Virus record (IMG/VR): IMGVR_UViG_3300025070_000023
Reading direction: 5' to 3' (one strand)
Source: an uncultured virus (IMG/VR IMGVR_UViG_3300025070_000023)
Lineage: Duplodnaviria > Heunggongvirae > Uroviricota > Caudoviricetes
Length of the DNA: 27,196 nucleotides
Shown here: positions 6,246-14,237 of the stretch, one piece after another
Numbering within the stretch: the first letter of the stretch is position 1
How the letters are laid out: every line of letters begins with the position of its first letter
The notes under the pieces: generated by a model
Databases searched by the model: none
What the model was told of the DNA's origin: nothing
Seen by the model: only the letters and a program-made list of their open reading frames with translations
Position numbers and translations under genes: made by a program

Positions 6246-7534
6246 TGAAAATGAGAGAACTAGGAAATGGACATTGGGATAAAGCACTAATGAGAAACAT
6301 GGTGCATTTATCTACAGCAAATAACTATGAAGAAGCAAAAGATGAATGGCTAGCAACAGGTAATGTTTGGTGGGTCGGTAATGGCGAAACACCCGATTGG
6401 GTTGCTAATACAAACCACCAAGCAAAGTGCCTATGTGGTCATAATATCGTTTATCATTTTGAGATTCTAAATACTACAAATGGTGTAAGAGAATGTGTCG
6501 GTAGCGACCACATTAACTCCTATCTAATTATGAGACAAATTGCTCAAGAAAAGGGAATTGATATTTCCACAATTACTGAACAAGAAGTTGAAGATTGGAA
6601 AAAGAAAAGAGTTGGTTCTATGAAGGCTGAAGCATGGTGGAAAGAAAACGGAACTTCTTTCGATATGATGTTTGAAAAGGTCAAAGAAATTGATGTTTGG
6701 TTTAATGCTAGAATTAAATCTAGATGGTATAATTCAAAATTAAGGCTAATGGAAGAAACTAGAGAACTAAGAAAAAGAGCAGAAGGTACTTATGGCAACC
6801 CTGATTACCATATGGCTTCTGTCGTTTGGAGATGGAATAGCGAAAATAATCCAAAGGCTCAATTTAGAACAAGAGGCTATCCTAATGATAGACTGATGCA
6901 GGATTTAGCATTATTATTTATCAAATCCGAGCCGCTAATTAAAGAACTAGAAGCAATTAAACTTACTAAGAAATTAGCAGAAGAAGCCTATGAAGAAAGA
7001 GTAAGAATTCAACAAGAACAAAGACAGGCTAGAATAGAATCAAGAAGGGCTAGAGAAGCAGAAGAACAAAGAATTTGGAATCTACCGGAAAATGTAGAAA
7101 AAAGAAGACTAGCAGATGAAGAACGCCAAAGACAAAGAGAGATATATCGTGCTGAACAGGCTAGAAAGGCAGAAGAATTTAGACTTAGCAAATTAAAAGA
7201 AAGAAAAGCAACCTTTGCTTTAAAGAGTGAAGTCTTTGAAGATAGTTGCGATTACTATGGAATACCTGTCTATGATGAAACTTATGCACAAAACGATTGG
7301 TCTTTTGAGTTTTTAGCAGACATCAAAAAACAAATGATTAGCGGTAGGGGTTTGAGTGATAATCAATTAAATAGCCTAAGAAATATCCTCGAGCCCGCTA
7401 CATCAAAGCAAATAACATTTTTGCGTGATTTGGCTTATGAAGGCTCTATAGAAAACCTCACTAAAGGACAGGCAGGTTATTTAATTAATAAACATAAATA
7501 TCCCGAAAGTGAGAGGCATTCCGATGATAATTGA
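6242..7534 (+). CDS. Hypothetical protein: N-terminal Cys/His motif, central coiled coil, C-terminal PATxKQ...LTKxxA helical domain
   Basis: CLCGH...CVGSDH; E/R/Q-rich segment; PATSKQITFLRDL...LTKGQAGYLI. Confidence 0.85.
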   Translation: MMKMRELGNGHWDKALMRNMVHLSTANNYEEAKDEWLATGNVWWVGNGETPDWVANTNHQAKCLCGHNIVYHFEILNTTNGVRECVGSDHINSYLIMRQIAQEKGIDISTITEQEVEDWKKKRVGSMKAEAWWKENGTSFDMMFEKVKEIDVWFNARIKSRWYNSKLRLMEETRELRKRAEGTYGNPDYHMASVVWRWNSENNPKAQFRTRGYPNDRLMQDLALLFIKSEPLIKELEAIKLTKKLAEEAYEERVRIQQEQRQARIESRRAREAEEQRIWNLPENVEKRRLADEERQRQREIYRAEQARKAEEFRLSKLKERKATFALKSEVFEDSCDYYGIPVYDETYAQNDWSFEFLADIKKQMISGRGLSDNQLNSLRNILEPATSKQITFLRDLAYEGSIENLTKGQAGYLINKHKYPESERHSDDN

Positions 7535-7772
7535 CTGGATTAAACGGTTCTTTGTCACGGAAAAAAAAATAAAAAGTCCTAAGTGCAATATTTGTGGCTT
7601 AGGCGCAAAGTTCCATATGTTAGTTGAATTTCAAACAATGGAACTGGTAGAAATTGAAAATAAAATATTAATAAAAATATGTGGTGAATGTTATGAAGAA
7701 GTATATGAAAGATATAATCCCGAAAGAACACCACCGACAATACAAGTCGGGGTATTTGAATCGAGATTGTAA
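7524..7772 (+). CDS. Small Zn-finger protein
   Basis: CNIC...CGEC. Confidence 0.65.
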   Translation: MIIDWIKRFFVTEKKIKSPKCNICGLGAKFHMLVEFQTMELVEIENKILIKICGECYEEVYERYNPERTPPTIQVGVFESRL

Positions 7773-7872
7773 ACATGAAGAAAGAAGAATAAAAATATGT
7801 AAGCAATTAATTACTAAGGGTGTTAAGCACTATAAAGCATATGAAATCTCTCTAAGGAGGATGGAAATATGA
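7693..7872 (+). CDS. Hypothetical basic protein (overlaps the previous ORF)
   Basis: GGTGA upstream; stop overlaps the next ATG (ATGA). Confidence 0.5.
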   Translation: MKKYMKDIIPKEHHRQYKSGYLNRDCKHEERRIKICKQLITKGVKHYKAYEISLRRMEI

Positions 7873-8504
7873 ATATATTTGCATTATCAAAAGACCCAGT
7901 AGAATCAGCACAAGAGATGTTAGATAAGCATGTAGTTAAGATGCCGACTGAAACTTGTCAAATGCTACACACAAATGCACTATTCAATGAATTCGTTGAT
8001 AGATATGGCTATGAACCTTCTCTTAGAAGACTAAAAGAATACCACGAAGAAACAGATTCTATGCTAATGAAACCTGCTATGTTGAATCATCCTAGCACTA
8101 TTTGGGCTAGACAGAATATTCATAATACATTATGGTTGTATAATCATGGTATTGCTTTGTGCGGAGAATATACAGAAAGATATGATAAACAGCATGGAGC
8201 GTTTGAAAGAATGCTACAGACTCCTATTGAGTTTGATGCTGATACTACATTAGCAACTCCTGTATCAATCGCCATGTTCGATGAGTATAGAATACCAAAT
8301 GAATATGGTGAACATTGTTGGGATTATGTAATTGATTCTTATAGGCATTATTACTTAGAAGGCAAATGGCAATTTGCTGAATGGCCGGAAGGTAAAATGC
8401 CAAATTGGTGGCCTAAGAACCACAGGGCAAAAAAATACAATGTAGGTGTTAGAGCATATAATGCTACTAATCCTAGATTCCCAAAAGTATTAATGGAGGA
8501 ATAA
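7869..8504 (+). CDS. Pyrimidine-dimer DNA glycosylase / endonuclease V-like family protein
   Basis: MNIFxLxxDP..A...DKHVVKMPxExxQML, NHPSTIW and YRxYY...K motifs typical of this family. Confidence 0.8.
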   Translation: MNIFALSKDPVESAQEMLDKHVVKMPTETCQMLHTNALFNEFVDRYGYEPSLRRLKEYHEETDSMLMKPAMLNHPSTIWARQNIHNTLWLYNHGIALCGEYTERYDKQHGAFERMLQTPIEFDADTTLATPVSIAMFDEYRIPNEYGEHCWDYVIDSYRHYYLEGKWQFAEWPEGKMPNWWPKNHRAKKYNVGVRAYNATNPRFPKVLMEE

Positions 8505-8506
8505 AA

Positions 8507-8722
8507 ATGGATGAAGAAATATATAAAATAATAACAGATGCTTATGGAACTGTCTATGAACCTGCCCCTAGAGGGCAAATAGAATTGCATAAGAAACATG
8601 CAAGTGAGGGAATGGATATTGCCCTTTCTTATTTCAAGAAAAACCCAAGTGCAGAACATTTTAACTTGCTAAAAGTTGCTATGCTAACTTATCAGTATTG
8701 GGTTCATAAGAAGGTGATTTAA
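8507..8722 (+). CDS. Hypothetical protein
   Basis: GGAGGA RBS; tightly packed in the operon. Confidence 0.7.
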   Translation: MDEEIYKIITDAYGTVYEPAPRGQIELHKKHASEGMDIALSYFKKNPSAEHFNLLKVAMLTYQYWVHKKVI

Positions 8723-8832
8723 TGAAAATAAAATATAGATGTTTAAATTGTAATAAAGTAATTAGTAAAGACAGACATTATTGCTACGGTTGTTTTACCG
8801 AAGCAGAAGATAAGGTGAATAAAAATGAATGA
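8722..8832 (+). CDS. Zn-finger microprotein, 36 aa (not in ORF track)
   Basis: MKIKYRCLNCNKVISKDRHYCYGCFTEAEDKVNKNE; AGGTGA RBS; fills the gap between neighbours. Confidence 0.65.
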   Translation: MKIKYRCLNCNKVISKDRHYCYGCFTEAEDKVNKNE

Positions 8833-9142
8833 TTGTAAAATATGTAATGGAGCAGGTTTCTATAAACAAGCAAACCATAGATTAGAAATTCTAGAATGGG
8901 TTGAGTGTATAGAATGTATGCTAGAAGACCACTATAGAGAATCAATTGAATTTGATATACAGTTGCTACTATCTAAAACTAGTCCTCAAAAACTAGCACA
9001 AATTGTAGCACAACTATTAGTCAATTCGATGGATATGGAAGGCCAAGAGAGCCTTCAAAGATTAGATGATATAGCACAAGGGAAAGATGTAATGAATCTC
9101 CTAGTGCTTGCAGAAACAACAGTAAATGGAATAAAGAAGTGA
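8825..9142 (+). CDS. Protein with N-terminal Zn finger
   Basis: CKICNGAG...CIEC; GGTGA RBS. Confidence 0.75.
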   Translation: MNDCKICNGAGFYKQANHRLEILEWVECIECMLEDHYRESIEFDIQLLLSKTSPQKLAQIVAQLLVNSMDMEGQESLQRLDDIAQGKDVMNLLVLAETTVNGIKK

Positions 9143-9146
9143 TAAC

Positions 9147-9392
9147 ATGATAACAGAAGAAAAGACACAAGTAGAGTTTAGAATTATAAACACAGAAGAA
9201 ATGCCCCCTATTGTAATAACCCAAAGTGATAATGACAACCCTAAAGTGGTGTTGAATATTCATCACAAAATTTGGATTAGTCTACATAGGAAAGTGATAG
9301 CAGGTATTATTGAAAGCCTCCAAGATAAATTGGATTCAATATTAACCTCTTATTTAGCAGAACAAAGAGCATTTGAAAAGATGGATGAGTGA
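9147..9392 (+). CDS. Hypothetical protein
   Basis: ORF packed in the operon; AGTGA upstream. Confidence 0.75.
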   Translation: MITEEKTQVEFRIINTEEMPPIVITQSDNDNPKVVLNIHHKIWISLHRKVIAGIIESLQDKLDSILTSYLAEQRAFEKMDE

Positions 9393-9397
9393 ACAAA

Positions 9398-9508
9398 ATG
9401 ATAGGAAAAATATTAGAAAAAGTAGTAATAACAACGCTAGCAATAGGAACAGGAGCATTCATGCTCGGCTTTTTAGCCCAAAATGATGATTACGAGGATT
9501 TAGAATAG
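9398..9508 (+). CDS. Small membrane peptide, 36 aa (not in ORF track)
   Basis: MIGKILEKVVITTLAIGTGAFMLGFLAQNDDYEDLE; GAGTGA RBS. Confidence 0.55.
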   Translation: MIGKILEKVVITTLAIGTGAFMLGFLAQNDDYEDLE

Positions 9509-9522
9509 ACTCCTTTAAATAT
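9506..9522 (+). promoter_or_regulatory. Second copy of promoter TAGACTCCTTTAAATAT, upstream of the ubiquitin-like gene
   Basis: Identical to 4397-4413. Confidence 0.75.
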
Positions 9523-9561
9523 AGTATGAAGAATGAATAGAATATAACGGAAAGTGATAAG

Positions 9562-9768
9562 ATGATTAGATTAAGAATTATGAACGAAACAGGCCATACA
9601 GAAGTAATGTTGAGTAGTGACAGCATTATCGAACAAATTGACACACACCCAACCCATTGGTGTTTTATTGATGGGGAAATGGTAGCAAGAGAAGAAATTT
9701 CGAATGTTAATTGGGATGAAGTCCAAGCAGTAGACCTAACTCCTGCTATTGTTGGAGGATGCGAATAA
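9562..9768 (+). CDS. Ubiquitin-like / beta-grasp (ThiS/MoaD/SAMP-type) small modifier ending in GG-CE
   Basis: 68 aa; N-terminal beta strands, FIDG segment, terminal VDLTPAIVGG matching the ThiS/MoaD '...P.v.GG' end; E1 and JAB genes nearby. Confidence 0.75.
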   Translation: MIRLRIMNETGHTEVMLSSDSIIEQIDTHPTHWCFIDGEMVAREEISNVNWDEVQAVDLTPAIVGGCE

Positions 9769-9796
9769 TTACTATTCAATAATACTTCATACTTAC

Positions 9797-9834
9797 GGAG
9801 GAGGGCTATTTTCTCCTATTAATAGTCCTTCTCC
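9797..9834 (+). terminator. 14-bp hairpin after the Ubl gene
   Basis: GGAGGAGGGCTATT (9797-9810) pairs with AATAGTCCTTCTCC (9821-9834), including two G-U pairs. Confidence 0.6.
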
Positions 9835-9852
9835 ACCTATTTAGGTGATATT

Positions 9853-10230
9853 TTGAGAGGCTTTGAATCGTATCAAGAGTTTTTGACTACGGTTCTAGTT
9901 TTCTCACAACATCTATCTATTGATTCCCTTGAAAAAATTAATGATGCTAGGGAATACATATCGAATAATAGATGGATGACAAAAAAGGAAAAATATAATT
10001 ATTGGTGCAATACCATACATCTTTGTCTTTGGGAAATACCCCAAGCAATAGATATCGGATTCAACGCATATCTAAATGAGAAACTCTCTCATTATAGAGA
10101 TGCCTTAAGATATCATGATGAAAATTGTGATAACTACTATAACTGTAAAGTCTGTGAGTTAAAAACAGATATGATAAATAAAATGAGTGATTTAAATGAC
10201 AAAAGAAAAAGACCCGAAGTATGTTCTTAA
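9853..10230 (+). CDS. Hypothetical protein with C-terminal His/Cys cluster
   Basis: TTG start after AGGTGA; HDENC...CKVC. Confidence 0.7.
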   Translation: MRGFESYQEFLTTVLVFSQHLSIDSLEKINDAREYISNNRWMTKKEKYNYWCNTIHLCLWEIPQAIDIGFNAYLNEKLSHYRDALRYHDENCDNYYNCKVCELKTDMINKMSDLNDKRKRPEVCS

Positions 10231-10360
10231 TAAAAGAAAGAACAAAACAGTGGCAACATGCTGTAGAGTGTGTGGAGGTCAGTTGATGACAGCACAAGAT
10301 ATAGCAAAGGAAATACACGAAGAGTGTGATAGAGATAATAATAAAATATACATGATGTGA
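10196..10360 (+). CDS. Zn-finger microprotein, 54 aa (not in ORF track)
   Basis: MTKEKDPKYVLNKRKNKTVATCCRVCGGQLMTAQDIAKEIHEECDRDNNKIYMM; CxxC...HxxC; GAGTGA RBS. Confidence 0.65.
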   Translation: MTKEKDPKYVLNKRKNKTVATCCRVCGGQLMTAQDIAKEIHEECDRDNNKIYMM

Positions 10361-10364
10361 TAAT

Positions 10365-11531
10365 ATGGAAAAAATGGAAATACAAATTAAGAAACCAAAT
10401 GATAGTAATGAATATTATATAACATCAGTTTCCTGTAATGAAGAACAAGGAGTCTATTTTCCCACTAGGAGAACTGTTGTCTATGATATGACACATAAAG
10501 ACCCTGTTCATGCAGGTATTGTAAAATTATGGAAAGAGATTCTAGGAACTAGAAGAAGTTATTTTCCTAGCGATAGAGACTATAGCATAATGATTATGAT
10601 AAAATCTTGCCCTTTACTTATTGGTAGAAGCGGGAGTAGATTAAAACTTCAAGGGCAGTATGCTAGTCTTTCTACTATTGCCTCTATTTTAGCGAGGGTA
10701 ACTTACAAATCTTGTTTTGAAGATGACCCCGAAAAATTGATGTTAAGTGTTTATTCTACAATGAATTTACCCGAAGATGCTAGGTATTGTTTAGAAAACA
10801 GAATGCCATACCACTTTTACGAAGACTTTGAAAAGATAGAAGTTAGATTAAACTGTCAGCAAATTAGTGATACAGAATTAGCCGTAGAAATAACTGATGG
10901 TGTTTGGGGAACTATGAAAATAAAAGATGTTACAGCATATTGTAGTTTCTACTTACATAAAAATGAAAGAGGTAAGAAATGGAAACGGCTCTCACCTAAG
11001 AAATTGTATACTGTTCTAGTTGGTAAGAAACCAACAGATTCCCAATTAAAAGTAATGGCCGCCTTTCTAAAACAGAATAGAATGGGCGATATTGTAGAAA
11101 AGAGAGCCATGCAATTAGTAGATGATATGTTAGAACAACACCAAGAAAAACTAATACCGTTTTTCGATACAAATGGTGTTTTGAGAGATTTGGTTGTAAA
11201 AGGCAAACAACATGATTGGAGGCTTACATACCGAGGTTCCGGAGACTATAGAAGAACGACAGGTAGACAAAATGTTTCTACCTATATTCTTCAAGAAGTA
11301 ACTAGAGATGATGAATTAGTAAAAGAATGGAAAGGGCCGATATGTATAGATAACATGGCAGGAGGTTCTCCATTAGGCGACCAATATGCTGCTAGAGCAT
11401 TAGCCCTAATGAATGATACTCATACTATGAAAATAGTAAGCACAATTAGAAGTTACATTGTAAATGATAATAAAGATATAAGAGTGGATGAAAATGTATT
11501 GCGAAAATTGCGGGAAAGAGACTCCGAATGA
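10365..11531 (+). CDS. Hypothetical 388-aa protein; C-terminal GPICID cysteine motif (possible E2-like domain)
   Basis: The long ORF is certain; the function is inferred only from the motif and gene neighbourhood. Confidence 0.6.
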   Translation: MEKMEIQIKKPNDSNEYYITSVSCNEEQGVYFPTRRTVVYDMTHKDPVHAGIVKLWKEILGTRRSYFPSDRDYSIMIMIKSCPLLIGRSGSRLKLQGQYASLSTIASILARVTYKSCFEDDPEKLMLSVYSTMNLPEDARYCLENRMPYHFYEDFEKIEVRLNCQQISDTELAVEITDGVWGTMKIKDVTAYCSFYLHKNERGKKWKRLSPKKLYTVLVGKKPTDSQLKVMAAFLKQNRMGDIVEKRAMQLVDDMLEQHQEKLIPFFDTNGVLRDLVVKGKQHDWRLTYRGSGDYRRTTGRQNVSTYILQEVTRDDELVKEWKGPICIDNMAGGSPLGDQYAARALALMNDTHTMKIVSTIRSYIVNDNKDIRVDENVLRKLRERDSE

Positions 11532-12363
11532 GTTTGATGAAAGACTAGGAGAACACACTTGTTTAGATTGTGGCCTTGTTTTAGTTACAGAAATATTTGA
11601 ACAGACTGTTCATATTTTAGATAGTAGCGGAGAAGTAAGACATTCTATAGATAATAAATTAGGTTCAGTGAATGCCCCTAGTAAATTAAATAGACTAAAC
11701 AATCGTTCTATTTATTCTAAGAGTATTATCCAAGGATTGATTCATTGTAATATGGTTTTAGGCTCTATACAGCCCAACTCGCCACTAAAGGATAGAGTTG
11801 AAGAGTTTTACCTATACTGTAATAGAAAGGCAGTATTCGGTAAAACACAATACGAGGCTAGAGCAACCGCAGTAGTATATTATGTATTGAAAGAGAACGG
11901 AACTCCTCATCTATTGGCTGATGTAAATAGCGAATTTAATGCTAGGACAAAAACAGTAAAAAAACTATTGAGAAAGATGAATCAACTAAATAAAAACATG
12001 GTTAGTAGAAAACCTATCAATCCTCAATATCAATTAGAACAAGTATTAATGAAGATTAATGGTGGTTCTGTCTTCAATGAACAATGTTATGAAGTTTTAG
12101 AATATTTCGAAAGCGTTATTGTAAATAGCGACTTTAACAAAGGGCGTTCCTATTACGCCTGTATTGCGTGGATAGCGGCCAACTGTAATGTTAGAAAAGA
12201 CATACAACGGCAAATGATTTCTAAGAGAACGAAGTTTTCCGAATGGGTCATTTGGAACCAAACAAAAGCAATACTAAACCTAGTAGGAAAAGATAATGTA
12301 AACCAAATAAAAGGAAAGAAAATAACAATGGTGATTAAGAATGATAAAAGAAGAATGGATTGA
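11488..12363 (+). CDS. tfb: Transcription initiation factor IIB (TFB)-like protein
   Basis: N-terminal Zn ribbon CENCG...DERLGEHTCLDCGLVL, then two cyclin-like helical repeats (ATAVVYYVLK; ACIAWIAA). Confidence 0.8.
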   Translation: MKMYCENCGKETPNEFDERLGEHTCLDCGLVLVTEIFEQTVHILDSSGEVRHSIDNKLGSVNAPSKLNRLNNRSIYSKSIIQGLIHCNMVLGSIQPNSPLKDRVEEFYLYCNRKAVFGKTQYEARATAVVYYVLKENGTPHLLADVNSEFNARTKTVKKLLRKMNQLNKNMVSRKPINPQYQLEQVLMKINGGSVFNEQCYEVLEYFESVIVNSDFNKGRSYYACIAWIAANCNVRKDIQRQMISKRTKFSEWVIWNQTKAILNLVGKDNVNQIKGKKITMVIKNDKRRMD

Positions 12364-12538
12364 ATACTATGTGTATTTAGAAGAGTTAAGACAAAGTGGA
12401 GTAACCAATATGTTTGGTGCTACTCCATATTTGAGAGAAGAGTTTGGCTTAGGCCGAAGAGAGGCAATAAAGATTCTAGGTAGTTGGATGGATAACTATG
12501 CTGAATTGATAGAAAAAGGAATAATTAGGAGAGAATAA
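12341..12538 (+). CDS. Small phage-type helical protein (LRxSGxTNMFGAxPYL motif)
   Basis: Motif seen in small viral hypothetical proteins; GGTGA RBS. Confidence 0.75.
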   Translation: MIKEEWIEYYVYLEELRQSGVTNMFGATPYLREEFGLGRREAIKILGSWMDNYAELIEKGIIRRE

Positions 12539-12540
12539 AA

Positions 12541-13101
12541 ATGAAAAGAAAAATATTAATAATCGGAGCAGGCGGTATCGGGAGTTTCTTGTTACCGCTT
12601 TTAGATAAAGTAGAATTGTATAACATATCAGTAGCAGACCCCGATAAGGTAGAAAAGAAAAATCTACCATATCAAAACTTTAGTGCTGAGGATGTAGGAG
12701 AAAACAAAGCATCGGTTATGGGTAATAGATACCGTAGTGTAATGGGTGGTTCTCAATATCCTATTCTTAGTGAAAAACAAATGCAAGGATATGATTTGGT
12801 TATTTGTTGTGTAGATAACTTATCAGTTAGAAGAACATTATACAACACAACCGTTAAATGGCTTGACCTTAGAGCGCAAGGTAGAAATGCCGCACTTGTG
12901 TCGCATAAAGCAGACCCAAAGATGTATGATATGCTTTTAGCAGGTAAAGACGGTTCATTTAGTTGTCAAGGAGATTCATGGGATGGTTCAAACAAAGGAG
13001 TGCATTTTATGCAAGTTGCTATTGCAGGTTTGGGCGCACAATGGATTCAAAGATGGTTTAATGAAGAACAAGTACAAGAATATATGGTGGTGAACCTATG
13101 A
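12541..13101 (+). CDS. ThiF/MoeB/E1-family adenylyltransferase (minimal E1)
   Basis: ILIIGAGGIGS, DPDKVEKKNLPYQ, VGENKA, YDLVICCVDN...R. Confidence 0.9.
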   Translation: MKRKILIIGAGGIGSFLLPLLDKVELYNISVADPDKVEKKNLPYQNFSAEDVGENKASVMGNRYRSVMGGSQYPILSEKQMQGYDLVICCVDNLSVRRTLYNTTVKWLDLRAQGRNAALVSHKADPKMYDMLLAGKDGSFSCQGDSWDGSNKGVHFMQVAIAGLGAQWIQRWFNEEQVQEYMVVNL

Positions 13102-13400
13102 GTAAGAAATGGACAAGAGAAAAAGAAATGGATTTATTAGTTTATTTTTATGAACTAAGTATTGATGAAGCAAGAGAAAAATATGAAGCCTCCTATAAAA
13201 CAATAGCAGGTAGATTAGAAAAACTATTCGACGATGATTCCGAAGAAGGAATAGCATTGTTGTTAGAGGCTTCTGAGAGAGTGAGGCTGATTAAGAATGT
13301 GAACAACTTTGGAAAAGCAGACTTTACTTATAAGCAAAAAAGATTAGCAAAAAAGATACATAAATTACAAAGAAAATTAGACAAACTAAGAGGTGAATAA
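13098..13400 (+). CDS. Hypothetical protein, possible Myb/HTH-like N-terminus and basic coiled-coil tail
   Basis: KKWTREKEMDLL start; overlaps the E1 stop. Confidence 0.7.
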   Translation: MSKKWTREKEMDLLVYFYELSIDEAREKYEASYKTIAGRLEKLFDDDSEEGIALLLEASERVRLIKNVNNFGKADFTYKQKRLAKKIHKLQRKLDKLRGE

Positions 13401-13401
13401 C

Positions 13402-14022
13402 ATGGGAAGAATGAAAGATAAATATTTTAATGAAATAAATAGTGATGATGATGGTAATGGTGAATTTGAAGACCAATCCGAATTGAATTATTGGAGAAAA
13501 ATCGCTGAAAAGTATATTCATGATGCGTTTTTGACTGAAATGGAGTCGGTATGGAGTGGTTATGAAATTGAAGAGGGTGAGAATTTATCCGATATGGAAT
13601 GTGCTAAAATAGTAATAAAAAGCAAGGCGTTCTTTAAGGCTATATGGCATGCCTCAACAGAAATATTACCTAAGTTAGAAGTCCAAGTAGTTTTAGACGG
13701 TAGCGCAAAAATATTTGTTACTACAGGTTCATCAGGTTATGTTGAATTTGGATTACAACCACCAATAGGACTAAAATTACCTATCAAGTGTTGGATTCAT
13801 ACTCATCCATTTGCTTCTGCCTATTTTAGTGGAACAGATTGGATGACCGTTGGTAATTGGAAATCACTGATGGAAGAAGCCTATGTATTGGGTGGCGTAG
13901 AACATTATGGCCATTGGGTCAATACTAAGCCAAATAACTTGTTAATTAGATGGGTTGATAATAATGGTCTTGAAACATTTAAAGTGCAACAACAAAGACA
14001 AATAGAAGGTGAAGAAGAATGA
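13402..14022 (+). CDS. JAB/MPN+ (JAMM) metallopeptidase
   Basis: Upstream catalytic Glu (LEVQ) and WIHTHPFASAYFSGTD matching HxH-x7-S-x2-D; AGGTGA RBS before ATG 13402. Confidence 0.9.
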   Translation: MGRMKDKYFNEINSDDDGNGEFEDQSELNYWRKIAEKYIHDAFLTEMESVWSGYEIEEGENLSDMECAKIVIKSKAFFKAIWHASTEILPKLEVQVVLDGSAKIFVTTGSSGYVEFGLQPPIGLKLPIKCWIHTHPFASAYFSGTDWMTVGNWKSLMEEAYVLGGVEHYGHWVNTKPNNLLIRWVDNNGLETFKVQQQRQIEGEEE

Positions 14023-14237
14023 AAGCAGTAGGAGATTATGCATGTATTGAAATTGAAAACACTATCACTAGTAGTGGCATTCAAGTAAAGAACGATGGTA
14101 TTGGGGTTTGTTTATCCTGCCCATCTAAACCTGATTTGATAGATAAGCGAGTATTGTTTGACATAAATCAAAAGTTTTACGAATATGAATATATGATATT
14201 TATTGATAGTAAATTTATCATGGGGGTAATTGAATGA
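14019..14237 (+). CDS. groES: GroES-like co-chaperonin (short)
   Basis: MKAVGD...TSSGI...RVLF...IMGVIE follows the GroES pattern; directly upstream of GroEL. Confidence 0.75.
   Translation: MKAVGDYACIEIENTITSSGIQVKNDGIGVCLSCPSKPDLIDKRVLFDINQKFYEYEYMIFIDSKFIMGVIE

Noticed and set aside
6808..6815. Isolated CCATATGG core (another at 26625-26632)
   Set aside because: Inside coding sequence and lacking the CAAAG/CTTTG arms; likely chance
12541..13101. ThiF and ThiS-like genes as thiamine or molybdopterin biosynthesis auxiliary genes
   Set aside because: No ThiG, MoaE, cysteine desulfurase or rhodanese in the window; disfavoured, but such genes could lie elsewhere in the genome or host
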